DNA of 64,000 bases from Nanobdellota archaeon (GCA_014239585.1 JAAZYP010000001.1:111421-175420); one strand, 5' to 3'. Positions 19,662-30,256 are shown, counted from the first letter of the stretch. The notes: generated by a model not told the origin, from the sequence alone. Program-made: numbers and translations.

Positions 19662-20648
19662 TTATTCTTGAATTCGAAGTTCTTGATCATCTTCTTCATC
19701 AACAGCTTTACCTAATGCAATACGCTCAGCTTCTCGTTTTTCTTTTGCGTCATTGATAAGATGATCCAAATCCAATTTTTCAATCATTTCTTTGTATCTG
19801 TTTCGAATTGTAACTTCAGTTACTCCAACAACGTCTGCAATTTCTCGTTGTGTTCTTTTTTCACCAGTAATCAAAGATGCTACATAAAGTGCGGCAGCAG
19901 CAAGTCCAGTAGGACCTCTACCTGAAGTTAATTCAGAATCTTTAGCTATTTCTAAAATCTTTTGAGCTTGAGTTTGTGTTTCTGCAGAAAAACCTAGTCG
20001 ATTTGCAAATTTAGGAATATAATCTCCTGCCGAACTAGGAAGCATTCTAATCCCTAATTCTCTTGCAATAAATCTGTAAGTCTTTCCAACATCTCGTTTA
20101 TTGTTGTTTGTTAATTGACAAACTTCGTTTAAAGATCGCGGAAGATTAAATAATCGTGATGCAATATAAATTGCTCCAACTACAACACATTCCATAGATC
20201 GTCCTCGAACTAATCCTCTTTCAACTGCCATTCTATAAATTCTAGCAGCTTCTTCTTCAATTGCTGGAGGTATTTTCAAAAGGGACGAAATTCGTTTAAG
20301 ATCTGCCAATGCATATTTTAGATTTCTTTCAAGAGAAGTTGAAGAACGATTATGCCATTTTCGCAATCTGAGATATTTTCTCCGATTTTGTACTGAAAGA
20401 GAATATACTTCTGAGCTGGATCCTACTTCAGTTCCAGTACCCATATCATGTTTTGCATAACTTGAAGGTGCTCCGGCTCTTCGTCCATCTTGACCTTCAC
20501 CAGAAAATTCTCGCCATTCTTGACCACCATCAATAATGTTATCTTCAATAATTAGACCGCAACTTTTACAAGTTACTTCTCCGCGTCGTTTATCAACTAC
20601 TAAGTCAATGCTTTTGCAATCTGGACACGAAGCTACACTTGATACCAT
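19662..20648 (-). CDS. tfb: transcription initiation factor TFB (TFIIB)
   Basis: N-terminal zinc ribbon CPDC...CKSCG and two cyclin-like repeats. Confidence 0.85.
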   Translation of the reverse strand: MVSSVASCPDCKSIDLVVDKRRGEVTCKSCGLIIEDNIIDGGQEWREFSGEGQDGRRAGAPSSYAKHDMGTGTEVGSSSEVYSLSVQNRRKYLRLRKWHNRSSTSLERNLKYALADLKRISSLLKIPPAIEEEAARIYRMAVERGLVRGRSMECVVVGAIYIASRLFNLPRSLNEVCQLTNNNKRDVGKTYRFIARELGIRMLPSSAGDYIPKFANRLGFSAETQTQAQKILEIAKDSELTSGRGPTGLAAAALYVASLITGEKRTQREIADVVGVTEVTIRNRYKEMIEKLDLDHLINDAKEKREAERIALGKAVDEEDDQELRIQE

Positions 20649-20799
20649 TTTAAATATATTATTAATCGCTTAGTGGTTAAGCAATCTTTATAAGATAAAC
20701 TGGGATTAGTTTATAAATGTTTTGAAGGGACTTAGCTTTGCAGTATCTTGAAAAATCAAAGAGTAAGTTTTATAAATACACGAGAACGAGCAATAAAAC

Positions 20800-21244
20800 A
20801 ATGGCTAACAAGTCTCGAGGACTAAACGCAGCAGTAAAATTGTCTAAACGTAGAAAGAAATTTCGGATGAATGACAAAAGACACGTGCGTAGAAAGTTCA
20901 AACTTAAGTTGAAGAGCGATCCGTTAGAAGGATCCCCTCAAGCTAGAGCAATTGTTTTAGAAAAACGACAAGTTGAAGCAAAACAACCTAACTCAGCTAT
21001 GCGAAAAGCAGCAAGAGTTCAATTAATCAAAAATAGTAAACAAATCACAGTTTTTTTACCTCGAGAAAATGCAGCAAAAGTTATTGATGAACACGATGAA
21101 GTTATCGTAGAAGGAATGGGCGGACATCAAGGAAAATCTAAAGGAGATATCCCGAATATTCGATGGCAAGTTGTTAAAGTAAATGGTCAATCATTAAATC
21201 AATTAACAAGAGGTAAGATTGAGAAGACAATCGGACGAAGATAA
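20800..21244 (+). CDS. rps12: ribosomal protein S12 (uS12)
   Basis: [15 protein letters not shown]...[18 protein letters not shown]...[10 protein letters not shown]; start placed at MANKSRGL (ATG 20800) rather than track start 20738. Confidence 0.85.
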
Positions 21245-21912
21245 TGGCAGAAGATAAAAAAGTAACAAAAAAGATTGTAAAGAAGGAAAATCAATTTGAA
21301 CAAAATATTTCAAAATTATTAACTTTCGGAAAATGGGAAACTAAAGCAATTCAAATTCAAGATCTGGGATTAAAGAGATATATTAATTTGGATCCAATTC
21401 ATGTGCCATCAACAAGTGGACGATTTACTGAAAAACAATTTTGGAAATCAAAGAAACCAATTTTGGAAAGATTAATGATCAGATTATTTGTAACTGGACA
21501 TTCCGGAAAAAAACACAAACGAACATCTGGAAGATTTTCAGGTAAAAAAGCAAATACTTACAACATTATGTTAAATGCATTAAATATTATTGAGAAAAAA
21601 ACAAAACAAAATCCGGTGGAAGTAGTTGTTCGAGCAATCGAAGCTGCATCACCTAGAGAAGGTATTACAACAATTGAATATGGAGGAGTCAGATATCCTA
21701 AAGCTGTGGATCTTTCACCGCAACGAAGAATCGATTTAGCGCTGAGATGGTTAACACAAGGTGCTTACCAAAAAACGGCAGGTTCAAAAGGTCGAAAGAA
21801 AATTCACGAAACTTTAGCAGATCAAATTATTGCAACAATGAATTTTGATCAAACATCTATTGCATTTCAAAAGAAATTTGATCTGGAAAGACAAGCTAAA
21901 TCAGCAAGATAA
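21244..21912 (+). CDS. rps7: ribosomal protein S7 (uS7)
   Basis: Follows S12 with ATAATG overlap; LLTFGKWETKAIQIQD and RAIEAASPREGITT patterns of S7. Confidence 0.85.
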   Translation: MAEDKKVTKKIVKKENQFEQNISKLLTFGKWETKAIQIQDLGLKRYINLDPIHVPSTSGRFTEKQFWKSKKPILERLMIRLFVTGHSGKKHKRTSGRFSGKKANTYNIMLNALNIIEKKTKQNPVEVVVRAIEAASPREGITTIEYGGVRYPKAVDLSPQRRIDLALRWLTQGAYQKTAGSKGRKKIHETLADQIIATMNFDQTSIAFQKKFDLERQAKSAR

Positions 21913-22391
21913 TGGCAGAATTTAAATTTTCAGTAGGCAATCCGGGAACAAAAAAGACATACAAAATCGAGAAAAAGGAGTCTGAAGCTCAAGCATTTTT
22001 TGGTATGAAAGTTGGTCAAGAATTCAACGGAGAATTACTGGGATTAAACGGATATAAATTAAAGATTACAGGTGGTAGCGATTATACTGGTGTACCAATG
22101 CGACCGGAAATTGATGGTTCTGTAAAAAAGAAAATTTTATTGAGAACGGGAGATGTTGGATTCCAAAAACGAAGATATCATAATATTCCTGGCACGGAAG
22201 GTGCAAAAAAGAAGTTAAAACAAACATATCCCGGTGAACGAAGAAGAAAATCTGTTCGAGGAAATACTATTTCAGAAGATACAATTCAAATAAATTGTAA
22301 AGTTATTTCTGCGGGAAAAGAAACGCCTGAAAAATTACTTGGTTTAGAAGTAAAAACTGAAGAAACACCAGTTGAAGCAAAAACTGAGTGA
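21912..22391 (+). CDS. rps6e: ribosomal protein S6e
   Basis: GYKLKITGGSDYTGVPMRP and GERRRKSVRGNTIS motifs of S6e. Confidence 0.75.
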   Translation: MAEFKFSVGNPGTKKTYKIEKKESEAQAFFGMKVGQEFNGELLGLNGYKLKITGGSDYTGVPMRPEIDGSVKKKILLRTGDVGFQKRRYHNIPGTEGAKKKLKQTYPGERRRKSVRGNTISEDTIQINCKVISAGKETPEKLLGLEVKTEETPVEAKTE

Positions 22392-22476
22392 GTGTAGTAA
22401 GTTACACAATTAGTTCTTAAAATCGTTTTCTGTTTTTATCAAACAAAAAATTATAAATGAATCTTTCGAAGGTATA

Positions 22477-22857
22477 TTGATGGGTGGAACCGTTAGACTG
22501 CGTAAACATCTAATAGATTATTTAAACGGGAATATCTGTAATAACTGGGTTGAAAAAGGCGTGAGACCCAGGGCCGCAGGTCCAGCAAATACTCGTGAAT
22601 TATTATACGCATATAATCGTGCAACTCGACACGGAACAAATACAAATCAACTTGGGAATATTTTAAGTAAGGACCCAAATATTGTAAAAGTTGGAACTAT
22701 TCGTGTAGGAAGAAATGATTATTCGAGTAATTATGAAATCTGTATTTGGGCAACACAAGAATATGTTGAGATGCAAATTCCTGATTTCGAAAGAGGAGAT
22801 ATTGTGTTCTTTGATGAAGAAACCAAAACTTTAGATAGATTAGTTAGAGAATGTTAA
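22477..22857 (+). CDS. hypothetical protein, lysine-poor
   Basis: 126-aa ORF with host-like codons but atypically few Lys; overlaps the aIF5B stop by 4 nt (convergent). Confidence 0.4.
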   Translation: MMGGTVRLRKHLIDYLNGNICNNWVEKGVRPRAAGPANTRELLYAYNRATRHGTNTNQLGNILSKDPNIVKVGTIRVGRNDYSSNYEICIWATQEYVEMQIPDFERGDIVFFDEETKTLDRLVREC

Positions 22858-24629
22858 ATTCCCCACGTGTCATTTTTTTCACGTTTGATTTCAGCTATTT
22901 CCTTTAAAATTCCCTTTTCATCAGCTGAAAGAAATTCCTTTTTTGATTTTAATTTTCTAAAATCATGTTCGGAAATATTCGTATAAAATTCTTCTCCGCC
23001 TTCAGCATTTCGGCCAATATTCATATTTTTTACTGAAACTGCAGATTCTTGACCTTTAGTTAATTCTTTCAATTTTTTACCTTTATCTTCGATTGATTTT
23101 ATCTGTCCAATCTTTTCACCAGATTTATTTATCAAGAAACTTCCTGAGGAAATTTTACCTGATATAACTTCTGCACCGAATATTGCAGGATTTGCTTTTC
23201 TGAAAATATATTGCGGCATTATTTTAATTTTTCCGGGCCAAGATAAATCTTCTAATTGTTCAAGTTCAAGTCTTCGCTTACGTTCCTCAAGTTTTTCCTT
23301 AAAGTCTTCAACAACTTTGTAAATAACATTATTTAGAATTACTTCAACGTTCTTTTCCTTTGCGTAATTTTCTACTTCATCATCTATTTTGACATTGAAT
23401 CCTAAAACTGCAGCATATAGACTTCCCTTTTCAGCAGAACTTTCTGCTTCAACAATATCTCGTTTAGATATGTTCCCGATTCGAGCCTGTTTAATTGGAA
23501 TTTCATGTTGAGAAAATAAGTTTGAAGCAGCTTCAATACTACCTAGCGTATCAGCCTTTAATATAATTCCATCATCTTCAGTTTGAATAAGAACATCTTC
23601 AATTTCAGATTGAATAGATTTTTTCGCAGCATTAATTTCTTCATCAGATTCAGCAGATAAAATTGGTGCACCTGCAAGCGCTTTATCCAAATCATTTGCT
23701 AATACTTTCACACCGGTGGCTGCAAAAACTTGTTTTAATTTATCAAATGAACTTTTAGAGTCTCGAATTTCGGAAAGAGCTTTCGGTTTCAAAAGTGCTT
23801 TTACTTTTGTAGTAATCGTTTCGTTCATACCGCCAACGATAATTGTATCATCTTGTTTTATATTTCCATCATAAATTATTATATCGGCAGTTGTCCCCAT
23901 ACCTTGTTCGTCCTTTATTTCCAAAATAGTTCCTTTTGCTCTTGCATTAGAATCAATTTCTAATTTACCACCTAGGAATTTTTGAGAAAGTCCAGTTAAA
24001 ATTGCTAATAACTCTGCAATCCCTTCACCAGTTTTTGCGGATACAGGAACTATTGAAACCATTTTTTTATGATCTTCAACTTTATGATATAAATTTGAAT
24101 CAAATCCTAATTCTGCTAAATCACCTAAAATTTTGTAAAATTTATCATTAAAATATTTTTTAGAATTTTCAGTTTGCTTATCAAAATTTTTGATAAAGAA
24201 ATTAGATTCGGATTTCCATCCATATATTAAATCGACTTTATTTGCAGCAATGATAAATGGAACCTTAAAATGTTTCAAAATTTCAATTGCCTCCTTAGTT
24301 TGAGGTTGTATTCCTTGATTAATATCAATTACTAAAACTGCTAAATCTGCAATCGAACCACCTCGTTTTCGGAGATTACTGAAAGCTTCATGTCCAGGAG
24401 TATCTACAAACAATAAACCAGGAATATCAAACTTAAGTTTGAAAATATCTAATAAATCTCCGCAAATATCTTTGATTGTGTCAAGAGGTATTTCTGTAGC
24501 GCCAATATGTTGTGTAATTTTGCCGGCTTCTCGATCTGCAAGAGTGCTACCTCTAATAAAGTCTAATACCGAAGTCTTGCCGTGATCTACATGGCCAAGA
24601 ACCGTAATAATTGGTTGCCGAATTGTCAT
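22854..24629 (-). CDS. infB: translation initiation factor aIF5B (IF2 homolog)
   Basis: VLGHVDHGKTS P-loop, DTPGHE, NKVD GTPase motifs; 591 aa. Confidence 0.85.
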   Translation of the reverse strand: MTIRQPIITVLGHVDHGKTSVLDFIRGSTLADREAGKITQHIGATEIPLDTIKDICGDLLDIFKLKFDIPGLLFVDTPGHEAFSNLRKRGGSIADLAVLVIDINQGIQPQTKEAIEILKHFKVPFIIAANKVDLIYGWKSESNFFIKNFDKQTENSKKYFNDKFYKILGDLAELGFDSNLYHKVEDHKKMVSIVPVSAKTGEGIAELLAILTGLSQKFLGGKLEIDSNARAKGTILEIKDEQGMGTTADIIIYDGNIKQDDTIIVGGMNETITTKVKALLKPKALSEIRDSKSSFDKLKQVFAATGVKVLANDLDKALAGAPILSAESDEEINAAKKSIQSEIEDVLIQTEDDGIILKADTLGSIEAASNLFSQHEIPIKQARIGNISKRDIVEAESSAEKGSLYAAVLGFNVKIDDEVENYAKEKNVEVILNNVIYKVVEDFKEKLEERKRRLELEQLEDLSWPGKIKIMPQYIFRKANPAIFGAEVISGKISSGSFLINKSGEKIGQIKSIEDKGKKLKELTKGQESAVSVKNMNIGRNAEGGEEFYTNISEHDFRKLKSKKEFLSADEKGILKEIAEIKREKNDTWGI

Positions 24630-24689
24630 TTTCCATCATTACCTCTAAAAAATAGCCAATTTTTTGGTTTAAAAGTCTTTAGGTTACAG

Positions 24690-25958
24690 TCATTTGAAAC
24701 CTTTTGAGATCAAAGGTAGGGAATCAACAAATCTATCGATTGGTGTGTAAAGCTTCATGAAATGGTGTCGTCTAAAATGATTTCCATATCTCCATCTAAT
24801 CTTCCGATGAAATGCAATTAATATTAAACCAATACCTATTGCAAATGAACCCGCGCCATTCATAACAAAAAATATAGATTTGGATTCAGCCAATTCAGCT
24901 ACATAGAACAGTATAATTGCAGCCAATCCCCACGAAATTGCTTCAAATAAGGCTAATGCTTTACCGTGTTTGCTATCAGGAGTCATTTCCGCTAATCTCA
25001 CATATATAGGCCTACCTATTGCAAGCAAACCGATCGAAACTCCTCCTGCCGCGATAACATAAGATAAAAAGTGAGCATAAACAAAAAATAATTTCATTGA
25101 AATCCCTAATAAAATAAATCCGGGAATAATTAACCATTTTGAATGAAATTTATCTGAAAGATGTCCGAGAGGTATTTGAAATGGAATTAAAATTAAATAT
25201 GCGCCCGTAATAACTAATCCCGCTTGCCAAAAATCGTATCCAATTATATTTTTTAAATAAATCAGAATGAAAGTATGCCAAATAAGTCCAAATGCAACTT
25301 TAATCATATGAATCAATGATAAAAAAGTAAATCCTGGCGTTATTCCAATTTTATGATAATTTTCCCAAATTTTTTCCAGTTTAGGAAGTTTATTTTTATG
25401 TTTAAATTCACTAAATAAATTGATTAAATAAATCGAATATATTCCAATTAATACGGATAAAATAAATAAGGCATTAAATCCGTAAAGATAAATGATTAAT
25501 CCTCCGATGGGAGGGGCGAGAATTAGTCCAGAATAACGATAAATTGATCGGATGGCATTATGTGTTGCAAGTTTCGTTTTTTCGGAGATATCCCAAACAT
25601 AACTCGAATATGATGGAATGAACATTGCATATGCTAGTCCAAAAATAATTCCTCGCGAAATAAAATATAATTCTGAAGTAAAAAATAATAGACTAAAATT
25701 AGTTATAGTCATTGCGATTGCACTCCAAATCATAATCTTTTTACGATTAAAATTATCTGCCAATGAACCACCATAGATTTTAGCAACATTTGTTGCAATA
25801 ACAGATAGAGCGACAATTGCACCGATGTTTACTAGATTGATGCCCAATTGAAAATAATAAAGTGGTAGGAAAATATAAATTAATGAATTTGATAAACTTC
25901 TGAATAAAGTTACTCTATTTGCAAGTTTGAAATTAGCAGAAGTTTTTAGCTTATTCAT
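24690..25958 (-). CDS. MFS-type transporter
   Basis: 422 aa, about 12 TM helices in two halves. Confidence 0.55.
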   Translation of the reverse strand: MNKLKTSANFKLANRVTLFRSLSNSLIYIFLPLYYFQLGINLVNIGAIVALSVIATNVAKIYGGSLADNFNRKKIMIWSAIAMTITNFSLLFFTSELYFISRGIIFGLAYAMFIPSYSSYVWDISEKTKLATHNAIRSIYRYSGLILAPPIGGLIIYLYGFNALFILSVLIGIYSIYLINLFSEFKHKNKLPKLEKIWENYHKIGITPGFTFLSLIHMIKVAFGLIWHTFILIYLKNIIGYDFWQAGLVITGAYLILIPFQIPLGHLSDKFHSKWLIIPGFILLGISMKLFFVYAHFLSYVIAAGGVSIGLLAIGRPIYVRLAEMTPDSKHGKALALFEAISWGLAAIILFYVAELAESKSIFFVMNGAGSFAIGIGLILIAFHRKIRWRYGNHFRRHHFMKLYTPIDRFVDSLPLISKGFK

Positions 25959-25993
25959 AAAATCTTAAATCAAATGAGATATTTAAATCTGAC

Positions 25994-26473
25994 TTAGAAT
26001 ACAATATGTTCATCTGCACGTTTATAGTTGTGCAATTCAGATTTATCAAACCAAAGTGAAACTTCCTTTTTGGCTTCTTCATCATTTCCTGAAGCATGAA
26101 TTATGTTTGCAATTGATTTACTTTTTCGATCAGCATATTCGTAAGTATGATGTGCATAATCACCACGAATTGTTCCCGGAGATGCATCTCCGGGTGCAGT
26201 AGAACCAACGATTCGTCTAATATTTCTTATTGCGTCAACACCTTCAAGAGCTATTGCGATTACTGGTCCAGATCGAATAAATTCATCTAATCCCTTAAAA
26301 AATGGTTTTGAAATATGTTCAGAATAATGTGTTTGCGATAGTTTTTCATCAACCCATACCATTTTCATACCGATAATTTTCATACCTGAATTTTCAAAAC
26401 GAGTTATTATTTTTCCAGAAATTGATCGTTGAACACCGTCCGGTTTGATTAATACAAGAGTTTGTTTGACCAT
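25994..26473 (-). CDS. ndk: nucleoside diphosphate kinase
   Basis: QTLVLIKPDGVQR, NIIHASGN (active-site His) motifs. Confidence 0.85.
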   Translation of the reverse strand: MVKQTLVLIKPDGVQRSISGKIITRFENSGMKIIGMKMVWVDEKLSQTHYSEHISKPFFKGLDEFIRSGPVIAIALEGVDAIRNIRRIVGSTAPGDASPGTIRGDYAHHTYEYADRKSKSIANIIHASGNDEEAKKEVSLWFDKSELHNYKRADEHIVF

Positions 26474-26502
26474 AATCTGGCTAATTATTCAAATTTATAA
26501 GA

Positions 26503-26775
26503 TTACCGTCTTAACTGTTTTAATAATCTAGAGATTGTCTGTTTTAATGCGACACCAAATCTCCAATCAATTCCTTCTGAACGAATTATTTTTCCTTTAG
26601 GAGTTTCTGCTTCAGCACTAAGAACATATTTTGAACGCTTACCATCTTTTTCATAACGTTTCAATCTTAAACGCAATTTAGAAAATGTTCGCGTTAATTT
26701 GCTTTTGGAAATTATTTCTTGAAATCTTCGCCGATCTTTCAAGTTAAGTTTTTTATCAGAAAATTCTACATCCAT
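26503..26775 (-). CDS. small basic hypothetical protein (possible RNA-binding)
   Basis: 90 aa, K/R-rich; family not recognised. Confidence 0.4.
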   Translation of the reverse strand: MDVEFSDKKLNLKDRRRFQEIISKSKLTRTFSKLRLRLKRYEKDGKRSKYVLSAEAETPKGKIIRSEGIDWRFGVALKQTISRLLKQLRR

Positions 26776-26805
26776 AAATTAGTTAGTGGATTAAAGTATA
26801 AATAA

Positions 26806-27258
26806 TTATTCTAAACTAGAATAATCTAAGTCCTTTAATCTGATTTCCATAACATTATCACTTGTTTTAGTAAGTCCAACTTTATCATAGAAGTCTGTTA
26901 ATTCAGTTGAACATTTCAAATAAATTTCATCAATACTTCGAGTTGAAGCAGATTCTAATCGTTCAGATAAATTATCTGAATTTGATGCGATACGTCCTTC
27001 CAAAGATTCAGTTTCGAATTCGAATTCGGATTCAGCAATATGTTGAACTACTTCGTCCATCAAAAATGAACCATACTTATTTTCATGACCTCTATACTCA
27101 TCTAATATTCGAACTCGTTCAATATATGCCATGTTTTTGATTCCATTTGATTGATACATAATCAATAAACTACCGACTAATTTTTCGTCATCATATAATG
27201 ATGCAGATTCAGTTTTACTTAATTTTCCATCGTCAATTAAATTATAATCTATTTTCAT
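26806..27258 (-). CDS. acidic hypothetical protein, weak GNAT-like pattern
   Basis: 150 aa; IERVRILDEYRGHENKYGSFLMDEV resembles a GNAT acetyl-CoA binding strand-helix. Start overlaps the glmS stop by 4 nt, so it is probably co-transcribed. Confidence 0.4.
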   Translation of the reverse strand: MKIDYNLIDDGKLSKTESASLYDDEKLVGSLLIMYQSNGIKNMAYIERVRILDEYRGHENKYGSFLMDEVVQHIAESEFEFETESLEGRIASNSDNLSERLESASTRSIDEIYLKCSTELTDFYDKVGLTKTSDNVMEIRLKDLDYSSLE

Positions 27259-28991
27259 TTTACTGTCACCGATTTAGCTAAGTTTCTCGGTTTATCCGGA
27301 TCTAATCCCTTCAGAACCGCCAAATAATAGGCAAGAATTTGAATCGGAATAGTTCGCAGTATTGGAGAATATTTATCTGGACCGATTACTTTAATCCAAA
27401 AATCAAATACATCGTGATTTTTATCTGATACACCGATAATGAATGCGCCTCTACTTTTCAATTCTTGAGCATTTGATAATATTTCAGAATTATTTTTATT
27501 TGAAACGAATACAATACACGGAGTTCCATTTTCAATCATTGCAATAGGACCATGTTTAATCTGACCACCAGCAAAACCTTCAGCATGAATATAAGATACC
27601 TCTTTTATTTTCAAAGCAGCTTCCATCGCAGTAGGGTAATCACGCTTTCGACCAATTGTGAATAAATGTTTTGTATATCTTAATAACTGAGATAATTCTT
27701 TAGTATATTTTCTTGAATTTTCGGAAGTCAAATAGTAAATTTGACGAATAATTTCAGTCAGATTCGCTTTTGAAGTTTCATAAGTATCAGTTATACATCC
27801 CGCAAGAAGCATAAGTATCGATACTGACGCAGTATATGATTTTGTAGAAAGAACACAAATTTCAGGACCTACATTCATATAGATTCGTTTATCACTCATT
27901 CGATCAAGCGTTGAACCTTGAACATTTACAATAGATACAATTTCCGCACCCGAATTTTTTATTGATTTTAATGCATCGATTAAATCAATAGTTTCGCCAG
28001 ATTGAGAGATTGCTAAAACTATTGAATTTTTATCAACAAATTTAGAATAACTTCTGAATTCATGCGCTCTTATAACTTTAGGCATAATCCCTTGTTTCAA
28101 AAATTCATATTCTGCTGCAAGTGCTGCATTATAGGATGTTCCACATGCAACCATAAATATATTTTTTGTTTTCAAGTCATTAACAATCGATGAAATGTTT
28201 TTTGAATCTTGTATCAAAACCTGATTTATTACGTCCACTTGTTCAGATATTTCTTTAAGCATAAAGTGTTCGAATTCTCCCTTTCTGGCTTTATCAATAT
28301 CCCAAGTAATTGTAGATTTTTTACGTTCAACTTCTTCGCCAGAATTAAATATTTTTACTGAATTACCTTCAATATATCCGTAATCTCCGTCTTCAAGATA
28401 TATTACTGTTTTAGTTCGATCAAAAAAGGATGTTACATCAGAAGATAAAATTTTTTCATCTTTTCCAATCCCCAAAACTAAAGGTGAATCTTTTCGAGCA
28501 AAATAAATTTTATTTTCCCCGCGTTTTAAGAATCCAATTGCATAAGTCCCTTTAAGATCAGGAAGAATTTGAGCAAAGGATGAAAGTGTATCCTCAGTTA
28601 GTTTGGATTGAATATAATTCGTTAACACTTCGCTATCGGTTTGACCTGAAAAATTAAAACCATCTAATTTGGATTTTAGTTCTTGATAATTTTCAATAAT
28701 TCCATTGTGCACTAATGAAATATTTTTGTCATTAGATAAATGAGGATGTGCATTTTCTTTAGTTACACCGCCGTGTGTCGCCCACCTAGTATGACCGAGA
28801 ATTAAATTTGATTCTCCAGGTAAATCAGTATTTTCAATCTTACCTATTTCCTTGATGAGATTTATTTTATCAGATAAATGCGAAACTCCCCATGAATCAT
28901 AACCTCGATAATCCAATGACTTAATCATCGTCATAAATTTAGCTAATTTTAGTTTTTCCTTATTTGAAATGTAACCTACAATTCCACACAT
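27255..28991 (-). CDS. glmS: glutamine--fructose-6-phosphate aminotransferase
   Basis: N-terminal MCGIVGY (Ntn Cys), two SIS domains, 578 aa. Confidence 0.85.
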   Translation of the reverse strand: MCGIVGYISNKEKLKLAKFMTMIKSLDYRGYDSWGVSHLSDKINLIKEIGKIENTDLPGESNLILGHTRWATHGGVTKENAHPHLSNDKNISLVHNGIIENYQELKSKLDGFNFSGQTDSEVLTNYIQSKLTEDTLSSFAQILPDLKGTYAIGFLKRGENKIYFARKDSPLVLGIGKDEKILSSDVTSFFDRTKTVIYLEDGDYGYIEGNSVKIFNSGEEVERKKSTITWDIDKARKGEFEHFMLKEISEQVDVINQVLIQDSKNISSIVNDLKTKNIFMVACGTSYNAALAAEYEFLKQGIMPKVIRAHEFRSYSKFVDKNSIVLAISQSGETIDLIDALKSIKNSGAEIVSIVNVQGSTLDRMSDKRIYMNVGPEICVLSTKSYTASVSILMLLAGCITDTYETSKANLTEIIRQIYYLTSENSRKYTKELSQLLRYTKHLFTIGRKRDYPTAMEAALKIKEVSYIHAEGFAGGQIKHGPIAMIENGTPCIVFVSNKNNSEILSNAQELKSRGAFIIGVSDKNHDVFDFWIKVIGPDKYSPILRTIPIQILAYYLAVLKGLDPDKPRNLAKSVTVK

Positions 28992-29668
28992 TATTCTAAA
29001 TCCTCTTTTTTGGTTAAATCGGAAAAGTCATGTTTTAGAGTATAAATCTGAAACATATTTCCTTTATCCAGACTAAGTTTTATTGAATCAGTTATATAAA
29101 TCTCGCCATTTGACCTAGGATTTGTATTTTTAATATATCTAAAAATAGATTTATTGAGAATATAACAACCTAAATTAACTGAGTTAGATTTTGGAAATTT
29201 TGGTTTTTCTTCCAAACTAATTATTCTATCACCTTCTAATTCAAAAACACCGTATTTTTTTGGATTTGTAATTTTCTGAGACATAATATAATTTTCTGGA
29301 TTTTTTAGAAAGTTTTCAATAAAATTATCCAAATCTTTTTGGTGGAAAATCATATCTCCCATTGTAATAAATTGATAATCAGTATCATTTTCCAATAAAC
29401 TAATTGCATCACCAGTTCCTCTGATATTTTCTTGTTCAATAAATTCGAATTCAATATCAGGAAAATTAAGAATCAAATGTTCAATAACTTGTGTTTTTTT
29501 ATATCCGACAATAATTTTAATTTTATTTGTATATTTTGATAAAGATTCGACAATATGTGAAATTATTGGTTTATTTTTATAAATTAACAAAGTTTTATTT
29601 GTAGTTTCAGTTAGATCACCCATTCGGGTTCCTCGTCCTGCAGCAAGTATGCTAAATATTAAATTCAT
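28991..29668 (-). CDS. sugar-1-phosphate nucleotidyltransferase (GlmU N-terminal-domain-like)
   Basis: LAAGRGTRMGDLT...NKTLL (G-x-G-T-R-x motif of NTP_transferase); stop overlaps the glmS start. Confidence 0.7.
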   Translation of the reverse strand: MNLIFSILAAGRGTRMGDLTETTNKTLLIYKNKPIISHIVESLSKYTNKIKIIVGYKKTQVIEHLILNFPDIEFEFIEQENIRGTGDAISLLENDTDYQFITMGDMIFHQKDLDNFIENFLKNPENYIMSQKITNPKKYGVFELEGDRIISLEEKPKFPKSNSVNLGCYILNKSIFRYIKNTNPRSNGEIYITDSIKLSLDKGNMFQIYTLKHDFSDLTKKEDLE

Positions 29669-29670
29669 AA

Positions 29671-30057
29671 TTATTCAGTTTTTTCTTCAGAAGATTCAGT
29701 TGAAGTATCAGTAATAATTTCAATAGGTATATCTTCGATCATCGGTTCCTCAGTCGTGGTAGTTTCAATATTTCCTGGAGAAGTTTTATCTAAATGAATA
29801 TCAATTGTTGAAACTCGAATTTGTCGACCATCTTTGTTTTTGAAATCTTCTGAACCAATTTTAACATCAGCAATTTTAACTGAATCAATTAAAAATCGAC
29901 TATTAACAATTTCAGCAACATCTACTGCACGATTAATAAATTTACCTCGAGATCGAATTACAACTCTACTTGCTCCGGAAGTTGTAAATTGCATTACTAC
30001 TGCAGTTACATAATTCATAAATGGCTTTCCGCCAACAAATACTATCTGTTCAGTCAT
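29671..30057 (-). CDS. albA: Alba DNA/RNA-binding protein with acidic C-terminal tail
   Basis: VFVGGKPFMNYVTAVVMQF...RVVIRSRGKFINRAVDVAEIV pattern of Alba. Confidence 0.7.
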   Translation of the reverse strand: MTEQIVFVGGKPFMNYVTAVVMQFTTSGASRVVIRSRGKFINRAVDVAEIVNSRFLIDSVKIADVKIGSEDFKNKDGRQIRVSTIDIHLDKTSPGNIETTTTEEPMIEDIPIEIITDTSTESSEEKTE

Positions 30058-30067
30058 TGTATATCAA

Positions 30068-30256
30068 TTAGTTCGAGAGCTTGACTTTTTTTGTTAAATA
30101 TCCTGCAAGCTGGTTTCTAACCTTTTTAGTCTTAACACTAGAAAGTTCTTGTATTTTGATTTTATTGTGATTAAAGTCATCGTTGAAAACTGATCGGTGT
30201 TTTTCAAGTAATTCATTTACCAATCTTTTCGTGAAAGAAGTTCTAATTCGACCCAT
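30068..30256 (-). CDS. rps17e: ribosomal protein S17e
   Basis: MGRIRTSFTKRLVNELLEKH...NHNKIKIQEL matches the S17e N-terminus. Confidence 0.8.
   Translation of the reverse strand: MGRIRTSFTKRLVNELLEKHRSVFNDDFNHNKIKIQELSSVKTKKVRNQLAGYLTKKVKLSN

Noticed and set aside
26503-26775. Tried to assign the 90-aa basic protein to a ribosomal protein family (S24e/S25e/S28e/L24e)
   Set aside because: No convincing match to the remembered N-terminal signatures of those families; left as hypothetical.
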